The notes below the pieces were generated by a model that saw nothing but the letters and a program-made list of their open reading frames with translations, made no database searches and had not been told where the DNA came from. From Phoronis australis (Eukaryota > Animalia > Phoronida), in assembly GCA_002633005.1 (NCBI GenBank), contig NMRA01000350.1, forward strand, positions 317,642 through 381,641: DNA of 64,000 nucleotides, read 5' to 3'. The translations under genes and the position numbers were made by a program. Positions 60,241 through 64,000 of this stretch are shown here, one piece after another (positions within the stretch are counted from its first letter, which is position 1; every line of letters begins with the position of its first letter).

Positions 60241-63168
60241 TACCTGGCAAAACAGCGGTTGTTGGTCGTATAACCAATTTTCAAAGTATTGCCTATCTGT
60301 AAAGAGGTCACACTTATTCAAGAGCACGGTAATCAAATCATTTTGGCTACCTGTACACCGACTTTCCAGGCTATTGACCTTTTCACAATATGACGTATGC
60401 AACTAAACGTGTTTCTCAAACAGGAGAGCACTGTTTAATCTTTGTCCCAAAAGAGAGCGTTGTCATCTAACAAGCAGCTCAAAACAAATGAGCTCCAGCT
60501 CTCCGCCAAGTGCCCAGACTGCCAGGCGGGGTCTGTAATTTACCTCGGAGATCGATGAGGACACACTCGGGTTTGGGCACAATAGATGATAATTCGCTTT
60601 CATTTATGAGATAAAACCTGTTTAATTTGTAATTTTATAACCGTGTTGTTGGCCAAGGCTCATGCATGTAAACCCGATCAGGTCCGAGAGCCCGGCGGGG
60701 AGCGCCCTCAGGCTCACATGCAGTCATGCCGGCCGGGCGGGGCGCTCCGATGGCTCGCTCTCTCCACTCGATACAGGAGTATGATTCGCCAGTACAGGGT
60801 ATAACGACCTGCGGTGAATGAGTGTCAGGTGCCTATTGCATACTGTATGCCTTGCTTTTTAGTCGCTGAAACTCTTTCACGGACTGACCCGGCGGCGGTC
60901 CATTGACTCGAGGAGCACTGACCCCTGGCGTTCAGTACACGGCCTGTTTTAGTGCCACAAACTTGAAAAGATGCGCATGGCCAAACACCATCAAAATCTC
61001 GGTGAACTTACTAGGTAGCAGTTGGCACCTGTCTATTGGCAATTAGCTTTTGCTTGAGTTTGATCGCCGCAACAATTTGAATTGAAGCCTTGGTTGCCAC
61101 GACTGTTCAATTAGTCTGAGTCCGCCGTCACGGGTGGCTTTCAAGCGGGTTGGCGTCTAGTACCCAAAGCGACACACCAGTGCAAATTCGCGGCCTGTCG
61201 GCCTCGATTTTTTGTTTTACATGTTATACGATAATTGTAATCATTTTTTGTGACTTTATGCTAGCTGTGTTATCAAAGATGCCCTCAACGACCCGGCGTG
61301 TAATCCGAGTGGCATAAAATTTCTTGGAATCAGGTCGCCGTACTGCCTCATTGGATTCATTCGGAGATGGATCATACAGATCCGTAGAAATTAAGGTAAA
61401 AATATTGGGGTGAGAGGTTCACAAACCCGGGCCAATTCGACTACACCAAACTCTTGCCACCAACTCCTCTACCCACATTCCGACCAGGATGGCGTCATTT
61501 TTGTATCACAGTAGGAAGCCGCATTTCGGCGCTACTCATGACGTCGAACAAAAGACGTTCTGAGCCTGGCGATTAACTCAAGAAAGATTGATTTCAGGCC
61601 TCTGAAAACCCGGTGTCGCCTGTTGGTTGTAATTTTCTCTCATACCCTCTATACGATTAACCCTCCAGGCCTTGTGTAGTGGATGATAAACGATGCACTA
61701 AGGTTGTACCAAAATGTAACCCCATTCAGTACAACTCCACTGTCTATTACACCTTGTTTTCAAAATGGATTTGTGAGCCATCTCGTGATCTTTATGAACG
61801 TTTATATCTGGCAAACAAACAACCCAGTTTTGGAGGACGAAAATTTATTGCGTAATTCTACTGAAAACTAATTAAACACATCCGTCTGATGTGCAAAGAC
61901 CATAAATCTTCCCAAGTTTACGAGGAGTTCGTTTGATTTGATTAAAATGAAATATAATTCCGTTTTTATCTCTTGTTTGTGAATTAAACCCATATCTTGC
62001 TCCTACATGTAAGCCCATACCGCATTTTTTACCCGGAGTAGGCCTATATTGCAGTGAGTATGTTTTGGGACACATTGTAGAACTGTCAGAATAATCTTCA
62101 GTGTCTTTGAGATTTACTTCAGATTGACAAAAATGGTCTAGTGCACTTATAGCTATTCGGGATCGGATGATTTAGATTTTCCCAACTTCAGCCAGCAACT
62201 ACATGTAAGTTCACTATAGTGAATTAAGCAACATCAAGTCTTAGAACATTAGTCTCTGTTGTCAAAAATCATCTATGTATCAATCGATTTTCGTAGAAAA
62301 ATACAACTAAAACGTGTAAACACACCAATAAATCCGTTGTTTATCAAAAAGGATTGTTCTCGAACGTGTGGTCGCAGATTCTGGACGGACGACCGGGCGA
62401 ACGTTGGAGACTTGGTATCCCACGACTTTACTGAGTCGTGTTAATGTTCATTTTGGTTTACTCAATAGTCGAATATAACGTGCCCGTATCTTGAGAACCA
62501 GTGTGATGCCCGTTATTCAGCCATGGAGAAAATTGGTTCTCAAAATTCGGGCTCGTTATATCCAACCATTACCCATTCCAATCGTAGCTATTACGGTTTA
62601 TGAATCAACTAGAGTTACAAAAATCGCTGTTGGTTGCCAACACATGCGCAGTGCTTTAAAACCTTACTGTGTTGAACATGTACCCTGTAGACGGTCATAC
62701 AAAATCCTACCCCCAAGACTCTATCTCAAAACGTTAATCAAGTACAAATACTTGAAAACATTTACCAAATTAAGTAATGTATAATTATGTGTAATGTTTT
62801 CCTCTTTTTGCTTATCAAACTACAAGCCTTTGTGAACATATTTGTCAGGGTGTCGCGGCCATGAATTCAGAAAGTCATCCCCTACTCGTCTCTTTTCGTG
62901 TCCCAAGTTCTCTGAACATACAGATTTGACTGTCTATTCTCCAAAATCTTTGCATGTGACGTGTAGTATTCACGTTCCTTCAATGGGAGTTTTGGGTTTT
63001 GTGAGGTTTTAGGTCGTTTATAATAATTTTATATCATCGAATCTAACTACAAAAACACTTATTATGGAAAATGATGACTTTTGACTGTTAAAGAAAAATT
63101 CACAATGCTTTGGTTTACCGCAACGCGATATCATCAGCGGAAAACGTTGACTTCATGTATCCAATAAC

Positions 63169-63400
63169 GGGCATGCGCGCACCCAGCCTAAAATATAGCG
63201 GTGTTCGAATTTTTTGATAAGCTCACCTTTTACTGACAAAAATCAACGAGGAAAAAAACGGTGCTACTAGGTTCAGGCCTACGAGCATAATTCCTGTGGA
63301 CTTCTTGGACTTTTGTCTTGTTTACTAGAACTTTTTGTTTCGCTGAGGCGGACCCGTTTTTGCCCAATTCGCCAAATTGGCTCGTTCGAGCCCCACGAGT
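63169..63400 (-). repeat. Inverted copy of the same interspersed repeat family
   Basis: gcgcacccagcctaaaatatag..taggttcaggcctacga..tttttgcccaattcgc..ggctcgttcgagcccc is the reverse complement of 53778-54025. Confidence 0.8.
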
Positions 63401-64000
63401 CCTCCTGGGTGCTGTGATTTTGTAAGTACGAAGTCCCAGGGAGCGAGCTTGACGAGTAAAAACAGGTATGGAGATAGGGGTGAAGACGACACTCAAGGCA
63501 CGAGTGAAACTGATACTGAAGGAGTGAGACCTCGCCATTTTCGACAGACTTAGCCTGTTTAAGACCGCACAAACTCGACTCTCCCGCCTCACCGCCTTTG
63601 TCTTCTGCCAGCGAGTCTACTCAGTCTACGGGAGGTCCTGAGTACCAGGGATAACATTTCTGAGTGGTAATTACAGCCTTTCATTAAATGAAGATTTTAA
63701 TTTTCTGACCAGTTTAATGCCCAGTAATATGTAGTATCCAAGTGTAAATTTACATGTACATGTATAGCCGAAGTTTTTATGCAGGCTGAATGTCAAAGCC
63801 CAGTCGCGAATTGCGGCCCACTGATTTCATGGCGAATGTCGAGTGCTTTTGACAGGGATGATCATTTATTATTAATGCTATGCTAACTCAGTGGATGCAA
63901 CTTCTGTTGAATGGTTTCGTTTTCTGTCATGACCGCTCCAAAATCACTCTCCTGTGCTGACGACCGGACTGCGGAAATCAAGAATTGTCCAATATACACG

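Noticed and set aside
60783-60802. miR-10-like TACCCTGTA on the minus strand
   Set aside because: Only the first 9 nt match and there is no complementary hairpin arm.
60660-61450. Telomerase RNA, RNase P RNA, U17 or HDV ribozyme identity for the GC-rich island
   Set aside because: No CTAACCCT template on either strand; the RNase P CR-I lacks GGAA and the spacing is too long; U17 m1/m2 spacing is wrong; GGCCGGCATG lacks the HDV pseudoknot partners.

Overview
Eukaryotic, AT-rich, intron-rich genomic DNA from an invertebrate animal (lophotrochozoan- or deuterostome-like; the species cannot be fixed from sequence alone). I reconstructed four spliced genes by hand, all with GT-AG introns and consistent phases. 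They form two head-to-head pairs: DNALI1(-, last exon outside the window)/EMC2(+) and TRMT11(-)/PSMF1(+). Two genes with a single coding exon follow: an unrecognised 1975-aa Lys/Glu-rich coiled-coil protein (+) and a 651-aa RING/B-box/coiled-coil/NHL-like TRIM E3 ligase (-). Introns and intergenic DNA hold many MITEs, a tRNA-derived SINE, decayed LINE, Crypton-like and hAT-like remnants, and a probable haplotype-overlap assembly junction. The best-supported unusual item is a complete 606-bp non-autonomous LTR retroelement in TRMT11 intron 1 whose LTRs each contain a tRNA-like Pol III cassette, with a tRNA-Ser PBS and a PPT. Other leads are the orphan giant coiled-coil gene with RFX/forkhead motifs, an NF-kB/AP-1/CRE motif cluster and a GC-rich multi-hairpin island upstream of the TRIM ORF, and a triplicated splice acceptor in TRMT11. 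All homology calls come from recall of protein families, not from database searches.
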